Of a DNA stretch of 64,000 nt, positions 28,293 to 36,529 are shown in pieces (the stretch's first letter is position 1; the number at the start of each line of letters is the position of its first letter). The notes under the pieces are model-generated. The model searched no databases, had not been told where the DNA came from, and was given only the letters and a program-made list of their open reading frames with translations. A program made the position numbers and the translations under genes. The DNA is taken from IMG/VR virus record IMGVR_UViG_3300033182_000489, positions 3,945 to 67,944 of that record. One strand, 5' to 3'. Origin of the DNA: a virus.

Positions 28293-29471
28293 CTACCCGT
28301 CCATCAGGAACCGCTGGGCCTGCGACGGCGACAAGCCGGACACCCCGAGGGACTGTCCGTTCGTACCTGCCAACGCGATTGCACCGGGTGCGGAGTAGAC
28401 GATGTTCAAAGAAACGGGGCGGTTGGAACCGTTGCGGACGGTCACGCCGACTGTGAAAACGGTCGGGTCGGTCGCCGATGGGGTCACGCTCACGTCCTCC
28501 ACTCGATAGAGGCGCTCCTTGTCGGTGACCTGCTGGAACCGCCGCTGCCCGCTCTGGAGTGTTTGGACCGAGTTCAACGCTTGGATGACGTCCTCCCGGA
28601 TGGCTCCTGCTGCGGCCTGGACCCGCTTCCGACCGATGCGGTCCATGATCGAGCACCCGTAAGCGGCGTGGTACGGGTTGGAGCCCTTCATGGTGAGGAT
28701 CGCCTTCAAGCAGACCTGGTACAGCAGGTCTTCATTGACGATGGTGCGGACAGACCCGGTCGCGTCGAAGCGGTAGTCGTTCTCGACGTAGGTAGCCTGA
28801 CAGCGCGGACACCGCTCAGGCATCGCCGAGTAGGTGACCTTGAAGTCGGCTCCCTGGGGGACAGGCTGGTTGAACTGCGGGTAGCGAGCGGCGACTGGGA
28901 TCAGCCCTACCGGCGCTGCGCTGGGGTAGACGTCCTGTCGTGCCGCCAGTGTCCATCCGGGGAACACCTGCTTGCCTCGGGCACCACGCTGGACGAAGCC
29001 CAGCGCCTCGGCTCCGTCGCCGCTGACCCGGACGAAGGACCGTGATCCCGTCTCGTTGACGTCCCGGAAGGCGATGGCTCCGTTGACGTTGGCGATGGCT
29101 ACGATTTCTCGCAGCGCCGACAACTTGAGGTGCCGGACGAGTTTGTCGGTCGAGATCCTCGCACTGATGGGCAACTCGACCGTGACCTTGCCAGCGGAGG
29201 CGTGGACCGTGAGCAGGTTGCCGTCGGGGCCCATGACCCCGACGCATCGCTCGATGCGGTACGGGCCTACTCCTCCAGGGAGGGTGGCCTGGGAGACCAG
29301 CCCGGACGGCGGGACGTAGAACTCGTTGTTGACCAGAATCCGCACGCTGTTGGCTGCACCCACAGGTGCCTGCGTGATCAGCGATTTCTGATCTGCGGCC
29401 AGTGGCACCACCTCCTCGATCACAAGGTGTGGGCACGGGAAGCCTATCTGGATTTCTCGGCTCACGAGCAT
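28293..29471 (-). CDS. Baseplate wedge protein with C-terminal gp25-like domain
   Basis: KAILTMKGSNPYHAAYGC..IG pattern; adjacent to baseplate J. Confidence 0.75.
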   Translation of the reverse strand: MLVSREIQIGFPCPHLVIEEVVPLAADQKSLITQAPVGAANSVRILVNNEFYVPPSGLVSQATLPGGVGPYRIERCVGVMGPDGNLLTVHASAGKVTVELPISARISTDKLVRHLKLSALREIVAIANVNGAIAFRDVNETGSRSFVRVSGDGAEALGFVQRGARGKQVFPGWTLAARQDVYPSAAPVGLIPVAARYPQFNQPVPQGADFKVTYSAMPERCPRCQATYVENDYRFDATGSVRTIVNEDLLYQVCLKAILTMKGSNPYHAAYGCSIMDRIGRKRVQAAAGAIREDVIQALNSVQTLQSGQRRFQQVTDKERLYRVEDVSVTPSATDPTVFTVGVTVRNGSNRPVSLNIVYSAPGAIALAGTNGQSLGVSGLSPSQAQRFLMDG

Positions 29472-29509
29472 CGCCTCCGTCAAGGGACGGAGGCGATAGC
29501 CCGACTACC
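29472..29509 (-). promoter_or_regulatory. Class B motif (29496-29509) plus RBS-sequestering hairpin
   Basis: GGTAG TCGGG CTAT then CGCCTCCGTC-CCTT-GACGGAGGCG-ATG. Confidence 0.7.
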
Positions 29510-29726
29510 GGGTACGGAGCACCCTGCCGTTGACGCCCGGCCAACCAACGCCGACGAAGTTGAAGTCGCCCTGCTGGACTCGCTGGCGCTCGACCTCGCG
29601 AGCGTAGCCGTAGTCCGGGTGGGCTTCCTCCTGCTTCTGACAGGCGGGGCAGATGACGTCGAGGTTGAACCACGACACCCGGTGGACGCCGAGAGGGTTC
29701 GGGCAGCGGTCGCAGATGGCCATCAC
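29505..29726 (-). CDS. Small Zn-binding hypothetical protein
   Basis: CDRC..SWFNLDVICPAC..E..HPDY. Confidence 0.7.
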   Translation of the reverse strand: MMAICDRCPNPLGVHRVSWFNLDVICPACQKQEEAHPDYGYAREVERQRVQQGDFNFVGVGWPGVNGRVLRTR

Positions 29727-29998
29727 GCCGCCTCTCGGTCGAGGCGGCGAGCGAGGGCGTCGAAGACCTGCCAGATGGAGTCCACGAGGTCTTCGCCTCG
29801 GCCCTGCTCAACGCAGGTGAACGAGCCTCGGGGGCAGAGCCACCAGCGCCACTCGTCATCGTCCAGACCAACGGTGAGGGTGAAGGCTCCCACGTCACGC
29901 TCGACGCTGGGCATCTCCTCGGCGGCCTCCTGGACGAAGGTCCAGCCAGCGGGGACGGGGATCGTGGCCACGGCCACGAGGGGTTGAACAGCAGACAT
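29723..29998 (-). CDS. Hypothetical protein
   Basis: Coupled operon ORF, GGAGGT RBS. Confidence 0.6.
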   Translation of the reverse strand: MSAVQPLVAVATIPVPAGWTFVQEAAEEMPSVERDVGAFTLTVGLDDDEWRWWLCPRGSFTCVEQGRGEDLVDSIWQVFDALARRLDREAA

Positions 29999-30864
29999 CA
30001 CTTCACCTCCTTCGGTGCATGGACGACACACCGCTTGGATGTGCCGTGGTAGTGGCGACAGTTGTTGCCCAGACCTCCGATGTAGAGGCCGGTCTCGGGA
30101 TCACAGCACAGCCCCGGCCAGCCGGGACCGCCCTCCCGTTCGGGGGAGCGGCGCAGGCCCATGGGGACCGGATGGGTCAGACCACGGACACGCCAGTCGA
30201 TGTGCAGGTGGACGCTCCGCGTGGACATGCCGGGGTTCAACCGGGCGTGGTCCGCAGCAGCCTGCTGGGCAGCAGCACAGCAAAAGCCCTCGGCGCGGGC
30301 GGCGACCTGCTTCGGGTCGTCCTCGGTGATCCCGTGGCCCTTGTGGTTCATGTGCCCACAGGGGAAGGTCACGGGGCCGACCCAGCCCTCGGGGAGGGTG
30401 CCGAGGCGGTCGTAGTCGAAGTTGTCATCGTCCTTGACCACGCGCGGACGGGTCACGGCGACGGGCTCCTCGACCTCGGGTTCCGGCTCGGGGTCGAGCG
30501 CGACGAGGATGGGGTGAGCCAGGGTCTCGGTGTCGATGCGGAACAGACCCGCCTCGACGCCAGCGTCGAGGACAGCCTGCCATCGCTTCGCGAGCAACTT
30601 GCTGATGCCCAGGGCCTTCGCGGCGACGGGCTTCCAGTAGGCGACCTTCGGGCGTCGTCCGCCCTTCGCGGCCACGGCCTCGCGGACGGCCTGGGCGGCC
30701 TCCAGCGGGGTCACCGTGGGCGTGGTGGCCTTGCGGGGGGTTGCGGGCTTCGCGGACAGGTTGAAGTCCTTGAAGCCTTCAAGGTTGCCGCTGGTCACGT
30801 CCTCGCGAGTGGAGGACTTGACCCCAGCGGCAAACTGCTCAATGAGTTTGTTGACGTCGGCCAT
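29998..30864 (-). CDS. Hypothetical protein with Cys/His-rich C-terminus
   Basis: 288 aa, AGGAGG RBS. Confidence 0.7.
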   Translation of the reverse strand: MADVNKLIEQFAAGVKSSTREDVTSGNLEGFKDFNLSAKPATPRKATTPTVTPLEAAQAVREAVAAKGGRRPKVAYWKPVAAKALGISKLLAKRWQAVLDAGVEAGLFRIDTETLAHPILVALDPEPEPEVEEPVAVTRPRVVKDDDNFDYDRLGTLPEGWVGPVTFPCGHMNHKGHGITEDDPKQVAARAEGFCCAAAQQAAADHARLNPGMSTRSVHLHIDWRVRGLTHPVPMGLRRSPEREGGPGWPGLCCDPETGLYIGGLGNNCRHYHGTSKRCVVHAPKEVK

Positions 30865-30878
30865 GTGGCCTCCTGTGT

Positions 30879-30902
30879 GGGGGTTGGGGTTGGGGTTGGG
30901 GG
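30879..30902 (+). repeat. G5-TT-G4-TT-G4-TT-G5 tract (G-quadruplex-competent)
   Basis: GGGGGTTGGGGTTGGGGTTGGGGG, intergenic. Confidence 0.8.
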
Positions 30903-30903
30903 A

Positions 30904-31089
30904 TCATCGACGCCACGGCTGGCGGACACCTTCACGGTGTCCGACGCGCCGGGCGTCGTCTTGAACGGTCTGGAGCAGACGGAACAGGGCTTGTCGCTCC
31001 TGCTCCGTCAACTTGTCGAGCATCGGGATCAGCACCGCACGGTCGCAGCGCGTCCGGTGCAGCATCGCGGTCAGGTGGCGCAGGATCAT
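30904..31089 (-). CDS. Small hypothetical protein
   Basis: ATGA overlap with the upstream ORF. Confidence 0.5.
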   Translation of the reverse strand: MILRHLTAMLHRTRCDRAVLIPMLDKLTEQERQALFRLLQTVQDDARRVGHREGVRQPWRR

Positions 31090-31676
31090 GGGGCCACCCC
31101 GTTGAGGGCGCACTCGATGTCGTAGGCGGTCGAGACGTAGGACGACCGACGCCGACGCTGGTAGCCCCGACCGTAGGACCGACGAGGGTGACGGGGGGCC
31201 GGGCGGTTGCGCTCCTCGTCGGAGAGCCAGCACAGGTCCGCGCAGACCTCGTTGCCCTTCTTGGTCACGAACTTCGGAGCGCCACAGTGGCACCGCTCGC
31301 AGGTTGCGGCGGTCTTGTAGACGTCGCGCATCCGCTGGTAGGTGCGCTCGACGGTTGCCTCGATGGTGCCGGTGCGGTTGACCCGCTTGTCGGCGCGGGC
31401 GATGCCGCGCTCCTTGCCGTCCTTGCCGGTGTAGACGGCGCAGACGCGGATGGCGTCCTTGCCTTCCTTGCGGACGGCGAAGCCGCCACGGACAGGGACG
31501 ACGCTGGTGTAGACCAGCACCTTGATGGTGCCGTCGGTGCCGTTGACGTCGCGGCTGTAGATGGCTTCCTTCGTCCCCTTGCGGGTGACGGGCTGGAAGC
31601 CGCACTCGGTCAAGCGAGCGCACAGTGCCGCTGCCAGGTTGCGGCGGTCGGTCAGGCTGTTGGGGTTGTAGGTCAT
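31086..31676 (-). CDS. Hypothetical protein with Zn ribbon
   Basis: GKDAIRV..CERCHCG..CADLCW; class A motif upstream. Confidence 0.7.
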   Translation of the reverse strand: MTYNPNSLTDRRNLAAALCARLTECGFQPVTRKGTKEAIYSRDVNGTDGTIKVLVYTSVVPVRGGFAVRKEGKDAIRVCAVYTGKDGKERGIARADKRVNRTGTIEATVERTYQRMRDVYKTAATCERCHCGAPKFVTKKGNEVCADLCWLSDEERNRPAPRHPRRSYGRGYQRRRRSSYVSTAYDIECALNGVAP

Positions 31677-31737
31677 GGGTGGGTGCTCCGTTGGCCGCTG
31701 GGCGGCACTGGGTGTGGGGAGGGTCTCTCGTATAGGT

Positions 31738-31875
31738 ACGGGAACCGAGCGCCGCTCCAACCACCGGAGGCGAAAAACTTCCAAAACCCGCATAGGACGG
31801 GCGTTCTCGGGGGGATTTCTTCCGTGACCCCGAAAAAGTTGAGGTCATCTGGTTGGAGCGTGATCCGGCGTCCGT
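31738..31875. promoter_or_regulatory. Divergent pair of class A motifs (31738-31763 minus; 31850-31875 plus)
   Basis: Same layout as 17873-17979; 31733-31766 is identical to 17868-17901 (34 bp). Confidence 0.75.
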
Positions 31876-31956
31876 GACTACTACGAGAGAGGGCCACAGC
31901 GGCTCTCTCAAGCATCTTCCCCCCTTCCCATGCCGCCGAGCGGCCAAGGAGCCTCC

Positions 31957-32313
31957 ATGTTCGACCTCAACACCTTCGACCTCGCCACCTCCCTCCCCAC
32001 CTCCCGCGTCGAGGCGATGCCTCACGCGGTGGTCAACGGGCTCGACCTCCGCGAAGCCCTCAACTGGGGCATGGAATCCGCGCTCTCCCGCCTCGCGGCG
32101 GCGGGTGTCACCGACCTCTCCGAGTGGGAGGTCATTGGCGACCGCTTCACCGACCTGTCGGGTTGGTGCCCCTTTGAGGGCAAGATGGAGTACCACTCCG
32201 AGGAGTTGGTGCTCCTGGTCCGCAAGGCGGACCACAAGGCGGCGATGTCCGCATTCCTCGCCGAGCAGGCGAAACCCCTCACCCACAGCCCCTTCGCGGG
32301 ATTGTTGCGGTGA
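31957..32313 (+). CDS. Hypothetical protein
   Basis: AAGGAG RBS; ends LTHSPFAGLLR. Confidence 0.7.
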   Translation: MFDLNTFDLATSLPTSRVEAMPHAVVNGLDLREALNWGMESALSRLAAAGVTDLSEWEVIGDRFTDLSGWCPFEGKMEYHSEELVLLVRKADHKAAMSAFLAEQAKPLTHSPFAGLLR

Positions 32314-32315
32314 TC

Positions 32316-32341
32316 TGGTTGGAGCCCAATCGGGCTCCCGT
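32316..32341 (+). promoter_or_regulatory. Class A motif (one mismatch)
   Basis: TGGTTGGAGCC CAATCGGGCTC CCGT. Confidence 0.65.
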
Positions 32342-32370
32342 CTCCCCCCTTCCCCATCCCCATCAACCTC

Positions 32371-32471
32371 GGAGGTGCGCCTTCACCAACTTCATAGTGC
32401 CGGTAACTGCGGCGGGCTTGGATTAGCCGCAGACAGTGGCAAAGGACGGCCCGAACAGTCCTACCACCTCC
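32371..32471 (+). ncRNA. Candidate structured RNA with kissing loops
   Basis: Closing stem GGAGGTG/CACCTCC; stems TGCC/GGCA, CTGCGGC/GCCGCAG, AGGAC/GTCCT; loops carry GGGC and GCCC. Confidence 0.5.
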
Positions 32472-32525
32472 ACCCCCTGACCCCACAACCACTGTGCTCC
32501 CCTGGAGCCAACCTGGAGAGTCCCC

Positions 32526-32669
32526 ATGCGACTCACGCTCGTTTCGTTCAACGGAATCACCCGCTTCATGATGCTCCCCATCGACGCTGATGGGCGCGTC
32601 CGGGTTCCGCAGGCGACCCTGCGGAACGTCTTCGGCATCCGCCGGGGCGACTGCATCTACCGTCGCTGA
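32526..32669 (+). CDS. 47-aa AbrB/MraZ-like swapped-hairpin protein
   Basis: Hand translation: ..PIDADGRVRVPQATLRNVFGIRRGD..; GGAG RBS. Confidence 0.55.
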   Translation: MRLTLVSFNGITRFMMLPIDADGRVRVPQATLRNVFGIRRGDCIYRR

Positions 32670-32735
32670 TCCCGTCCACCTTCCCCGCCCCCGCACCCCG
32701 TGTGCGGGGGCACCAACCCCACCCTGGAGCCTTTC

Positions 32736-33047
32736 ATGCCCTCCCTGACCCTGACCCCCGAAGACGCCGTGAGCCTGCCCGGAATGGGCATCGTGACCGG
32801 CACCGTCACCTACTCTCTCGGTTGCGCTGCGACCTGGGAGCAGCCCGGCGAGGAAGCCGGGATCGAAGACGTGTCCCTCAAGGATGCCTTCGGCATCGAC
32901 CTCGACCCCGAGATGATCCTGGAGGACGACGCCCGCTCCCATGCGCTGGAGCAGGCTGTCTGGATGATCCTCTCCATCGAGGAGGCGGCGCAGTACGCCG
33001 CCTACGCCGCCGAGTTGGAGACTCACCCTGACCACAACTGGTGGTAG
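32736..33047 (+). CDS. Acidic hypothetical protein
   Basis: GGAG RBS. Confidence 0.65.
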   Translation: MPSLTLTPEDAVSLPGMGIVTGTVTYSLGCAATWEQPGEEAGIEDVSLKDAFGIDLDPEMILEDDARSHALEQAVWMILSIEEAAQYAAYAAELETHPDHNWW

Positions 33048-33108
33048 CCCCTCTATCCGCCTCCAACGGTGTGTCGTCGGTATAGTCCGGTGAACATCGT
33101 TGGAGGCG
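33043..33108 (+). promoter_or_regulatory. Class B motif (33043-33056) plus RBS-sequestering inverted repeat
   Basis: GGTAG CCCCT CTAT; CGCCTCCAACGGTGT..ACATCGTTGGAGGCG. Confidence 0.65.
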
Positions 33109-33115
33109 ACCCGCC

Positions 33116-33496
33116 ATGAAAGTAGAAATCACCGCGCTTCTCGTCGCTGTCAGTCTGACAGCCGGGTGCGCCCACAAGACCGTCCTGCGGGACGCCCGCG
33201 TCTATCAGGCCGAACTCGACCAGTACGACACCTGGGCTGTCCAGCAGGCCAAGTACCTCCGAGGCTTCATCGAGGAGCACTGTGAGTGCGAGTCCGACGC
33301 CGAGGGGCCCCAGTTCTCTGATCCCGAGTGCGAGAAGGCCGCCGACTTCGTGCTGACCATCGAGGCCCGCCACGACTGGCACAAGCAGATGTCGCTGTGG
33401 AACGCCGGGATGATCGAGGAGGAGCCGTCTGAGCAGCCGCCAGAAATCGCTCCCCTGTCCTGCCCCCTGCCATCCGCACCTGCCGAGGAGGAGTGA
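33116..33496 (+). CDS. Lipoprotein (o-spanin candidate)
   Basis: Signal peptide with lipobox TAGC; Pro-rich tail. Confidence 0.7.
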   Translation: MKVEITALLVAVSLTAGCAHKTVLRDARVYQAELDQYDTWAVQQAKYLRGFIEEHCECESDAEGPQFSDPECEKAADFVLTIEARHDWHKQMSLWNAGMIEEEPSEQPPEIAPLSCPLPSAPAEEE

Positions 33497-33499
33497 GCC

Positions 33500-33895
33500 A
33501 TGTCTGACTTCGCAAACACACTGGAATCCCTGATCCCACTCGTCGGCAACGCTGCCGTCGCAAAGGCTCAGGGGGAACTCGACGCCCTGGCTGCTGATGC
33601 CGATGATCCCACGAAGGCCCTGGTGCTCTCTCTGATGGCTGATGCCGTCGAGAACCTCGGCCCCGAGGGGGTCAAGATCGCGAAGCGTGAGATCAACAAG
33701 TTGCTCCGGGGCGAGACCCCGAAGATCGACTGGGCCAGCCCTCGTGTCGCCAGCGACATGGTGGCCGCGCTCCAGAACGCCGAGCGAGCCGAGAAGAAGG
33801 CGGCACGGCAGGCGGTAAAGAAGGCCGGGCACGTCCTCGGCACCTTCGGGGCGTTGTTCTTCAAGGCCGCGATCTCAGGCGCTCTGAAAAAGTAG
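33500..33895 (+). CDS. Ala/Lys-rich helical protein
   Basis: GAGGAG RBS, follows the lipoprotein. Confidence 0.7.
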   Translation: MSDFANTLESLIPLVGNAAVAKAQGELDALAADADDPTKALVLSLMADAVENLGPEGVKIAKREINKLLRGETPKIDWASPRVASDMVAALQNAERAEKKAARQAVKKAGHVLGTFGALFFKAAISGALKK

Positions 33896-33902
33896 GCGGC
33901 TT

Positions 33903-33928
33903 TGGTTGGAGCGTAGTCGGGCTTCCGT
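33903..33928 (+). promoter_or_regulatory. Class A motif
   Basis: TGGTTGGAGCG TAGTCGGGCTT CCGT. Confidence 0.7.
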
Positions 33929-33983
33929 CTCTACTATGAGGGAGGCGTGTGCCTCTCTCGACTGATGCTGAAACGGAGATCAC

Positions 33984-34178
33984 ATGACCGATCAACTTGC
34001 TGCTGCTGCTGTCCTCGTCCTCCTCACCGCTGGAGGGCTCTACTACGTCAAGGTAGTGAAGTCCGCCGACGAGGCCCGGCTCGCCATCATGGCGTGCATG
34101 GCCGAGAAGGGCGACATGCGAGGCCCCCGCTCTCGCGAGTACTACGACGAGTGCTCGGAGGACTTGCGTCCCCGCTAA
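33984..34178 (+). CDS. Small membrane protein
   Basis: N-terminal TM helix, GGAG RBS. Confidence 0.65.
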   Translation: MTDQLAAAAVLVLLTAGGLYYVKVVKSADEARLAIMACMAEKGDMRGPRSREYYDECSEDLRPR

Positions 34179-34185
34179 CCCCACA

Positions 34186-34230
34186 CGAAACGCGCCCCCT
34201 GGACCTCACGGTCTCGGGGGCGCGTTTTCG
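34186..34230. terminator. Bidirectional terminator
   Basis: AAACGCGCCCCC..GGGGGCGCGTTTT between convergent genes. Confidence 0.75.
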
Positions 34231-34245
34231 TCGTTGGTGGATTTC

Positions 34246-34455
34246 TCACTCCCCCTGCGGGTTCAAGACCTCACCGAGGGTGGCGTAGACCACCTTGTTG
34301 TCCAGATCCTTCTGGACCCGCTCACCGAGGACGGACTCGGGACCGCCGAACAGTGGCCGCTCGGAATCCCGCGCCTGGCGTTTCTTCGATGCGGCTCGGG
34401 TCACGACTTCGACCTCGTGCCCGTTGCGCCCTCGGATGGTTTTCATACGGCTCAC
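34246..34455 (-). CDS. Small hypothetical protein
   Basis: GAGGAG RBS. Confidence 0.55.
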   Translation of the reverse strand: MSRMKTIRGRNGHEVEVVTRAASKKRQARDSERPLFGGPESVLGERVQKDLDNKVVYATLGEVLNPQGE

Positions 34456-34465
34456 TTGTCACTCC

Positions 34466-34867
34466 TCAGTCGAACAGGTCGGCCAGCCAGCCTTCCTTGT
34501 TGGCTTCGATGTCCTCGGGGTTGGAGGCGACCCGCTTGCGGATGCGGTCCAGCCCCTCCTCGGTGAACATCAGGTCCACGTCGTTGCCTTCGGGATCACG
34601 GACCTGGAAGGCGACGTAGTAGTCGTCTGCGGCGGCCTGCTTGTCCCGGTTGTCCACGCGGGTGAAAACCCCACGCTTGAGGTCAGGAACGTCCTCGGAG
34701 TTCTTGCTGGCCCGTGTGCTGGCCTCCGCGTACTCGTAGTCCGTCATCAGCAGGTACTCCTCGGTCTGCGCGGACCAGGATGTTTCCACCTTCACGAACA
34801 GGTACGACTCGTTCTCCCATTTCTGGGGGTCGAGGTTCGCTACGCGCTTGATCTTGCCTTTTGCCAT
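34466..34867 (-). CDS. Hypothetical protein with internal duplication
   Basis: LLMTDYE..RASKNSEDV and LMFTEEG..RVASNPEDI. Confidence 0.7.
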   Translation of the reverse strand: MAKGKIKRVANLDPQKWENESYLFVKVETSWSAQTEEYLLMTDYEYAEASTRASKNSEDVPDLKRGVFTRVDNRDKQAAADDYYVAFQVRDPEGNDVDLMFTEEGLDRIRKRVASNPEDIEANKEGWLADLFD

Positions 34868-35007
34868 GATGCCTCCGACGAGCACACTGTACCCACCGGA
34901 GCCGTTGCAGGGGCGGCCCTGTGCGTCGGTGACGCGCCAGCCAAGGCGGCCCTCCTTGAGGGCGAGGTAGGCGTCAGCGCGGAGGCGCTCGGGGATCAGG
35001 CCGATCA

Positions 35008-35514
35008 TCACGGCTCCCCCCCATCTGCGGGGACGCCCTCACTGCGGGGAGGGAAGAACCGAAGCACATTGGCCTCGATCTCCTCGTCCGTCATCTGACC
35101 GATTTCGGCAGCGATCTGGTTGCCGATGTACTTGGTAGCCATGATGCGGGCGTCGGGCTTGGGTTCGGTGTCCTTCATGGCTTGCCACTCCTCGCGGGTC
35201 ATGCCCGTAGTTACCCGCCTGCCCCCACTCAACTCGTCGCTCTCCAGCGCCCGCGTGAAGTTTGCCCACGACTGCGCTTCCTCCCGCGCCTCGCTGGCCG
35301 ACACGGGAACCACCGTCGCGCCCCACGCCAGCGCCCGCTCCCGCGTCTCGGGCACGGTCTGCCGCTGGAGCATGTCCAGCAGCCACGCCCGCTCCTCATC
35401 AGTCAACGTCGGCCACAACTCCTGGATGGCTGCCTGCACCTCGCGGTAGACGCCCAAGGAGCGGAAGTGGCTGTAGCGGATGGCGCACAGCAGGGTGGTG
35501 GTGATGGCGGTCAT
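35008..35514 (-). CDS. Hypothetical protein
   Basis: ATGA overlap in the accessory array. Confidence 0.55.
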   Translation of the reverse strand: MTAITTTLLCAIRYSHFRSLGVYREVQAAIQELWPTLTDEERAWLLDMLQRQTVPETRERALAWGATVVPVSASEAREEAQSWANFTRALESDELSGGRRVTTGMTREEWQAMKDTEPKPDARIMATKYIGNQIAAEIGQMTDEEIEANVLRFFPPRSEGVPADGGEP

Positions 35515-35885
35515 GGCGCAGCCTCCAGCGCAGCCACGAGGGCTTCGGCCTCGGTGTCAAAGTAGGCCCACAGGGTCCAAGGCCGATAAACGAGGCTGCC
35601 GCTTTCCCATGCCTCCCGAACTTGCGCCAGCAGCACGCCCAGGGTCGCCGGGTCGCGGAAGTCGGGCCACCAGCCCGAACCTTTTGCGGGCCAGCCCCAA
35701 GACGGCGTCATCTGATGACCGCCCGCAGACATGACAGGGCACCACTCGCCCTCGTGGTCGTACCAGAAGCAGAGGCGGTGCTCCTTTGGGTCGGAGCCGT
35801 CGTACATCGCGAGCACCCCCGCCGCCCACCGGAACCCCGCCTTAAGCGCCCGCAGCCCAAACGCCTTCGCTTCGTCGTCGGTCAT
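35511..35885 (-). CDS. PD..D.ATLG.LL-family hypothetical protein, paralog 1
   Basis: PDFRDPATLGVLLAQVREAW..TEAEALVAALEAAP. Confidence 0.75.
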   Translation of the reverse strand: MTDDEAKAFGLRALKAGFRWAAGVLAMYDGSDPKEHRLCFWYDHEGEWCPVMSAGGHQMTPSWGWPAKGSGWWPDFRDPATLGVLLAQVREAWESGSLVYRPWTLWAYFDTEAEALVAALEAAP

Positions 35886-36529
35886 TCCGCAGCCTCCAGC
35901 GCGGCCACGAGGGCTTGACGGGCAGCGACCCAGGCGGCGGCCTCGGCGGCCTCCTCGGCGGCCCTAGCGGCCTCCTTGGCGACCCAGGCGGCCTCCTCGG
36001 CGGCGGCCTCGGCGGCCCCCCTGGCGGCCCTAGCGGCGGCCCAGGCGGCGACCCAGGCGGCCCCCTCGGCGGCCCTAGCGGCCTCCTTGGCGACCCAGGC
36101 GGCGGCCTCGGCGGCGGCCTCGGCGGCCCTGGCGGCGGTCCTGGCGGATACATCATCAATCACCGGCTCCAGCGCCCGGAGCGTTGCGGCTTCGCCGCGT
36201 AGACCCGCCGACTCCAGCGCCAGGGGCGCAACCACCCTGGCGGCGTGGTCGGCCAGAACGTAAGCGCGGGCCTGCTCGGCCTTCGGCGTCGAGTGCGACC
36301 CCACCAGCATAGGGGCGAGGTCGTGCAGATAGCGCGCCCGCAGCGCATCCCCTTCGGGGCCGAAGCCCATTGCATCGTTAAGGGCCGCCGCATACGCGGT
36401 CAGCACCGGACAAGCGCAGGCTGGCGCGTCGGTGTGGGGCTCTCCTGCCAGATATGCCACGGCTTCCATGAGGCACGTCCCATCCTCGCGGGTGGCGTGC
36501 GGCCCGTAAGTCAGTGTGTAGTCAGTCAT
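35882..36529 (-). CDS. Hypothetical protein with Ala-rich repeats
   Basis: CLMEAVAYLAGEPHTDAPACACPVL; AARAAEAAA repeats; ends ALVAALEAAE. Confidence 0.75.
   Translation of the reverse strand: MTDYTLTYGPHATREDGTCLMEAVAYLAGEPHTDAPACACPVLTAYAAALNDAMGFGPEGDALRARYLHDLAPMLVGSHSTPKAEQARAYVLADHAARVVAPLALESAGLRGEAATLRALEPVIDDVSARTAARAAEAAAEAAAWVAKEAARAAEGAAWVAAWAAARAARGAAEAAAEEAAWVAKEAARAAEEAAEAAAWVAARQALVAALEAAE

Noticed and set aside
35930-36140. GCGGC-rich tandem repeats
   Set aside because: Explained by Ala-rich coding repeats
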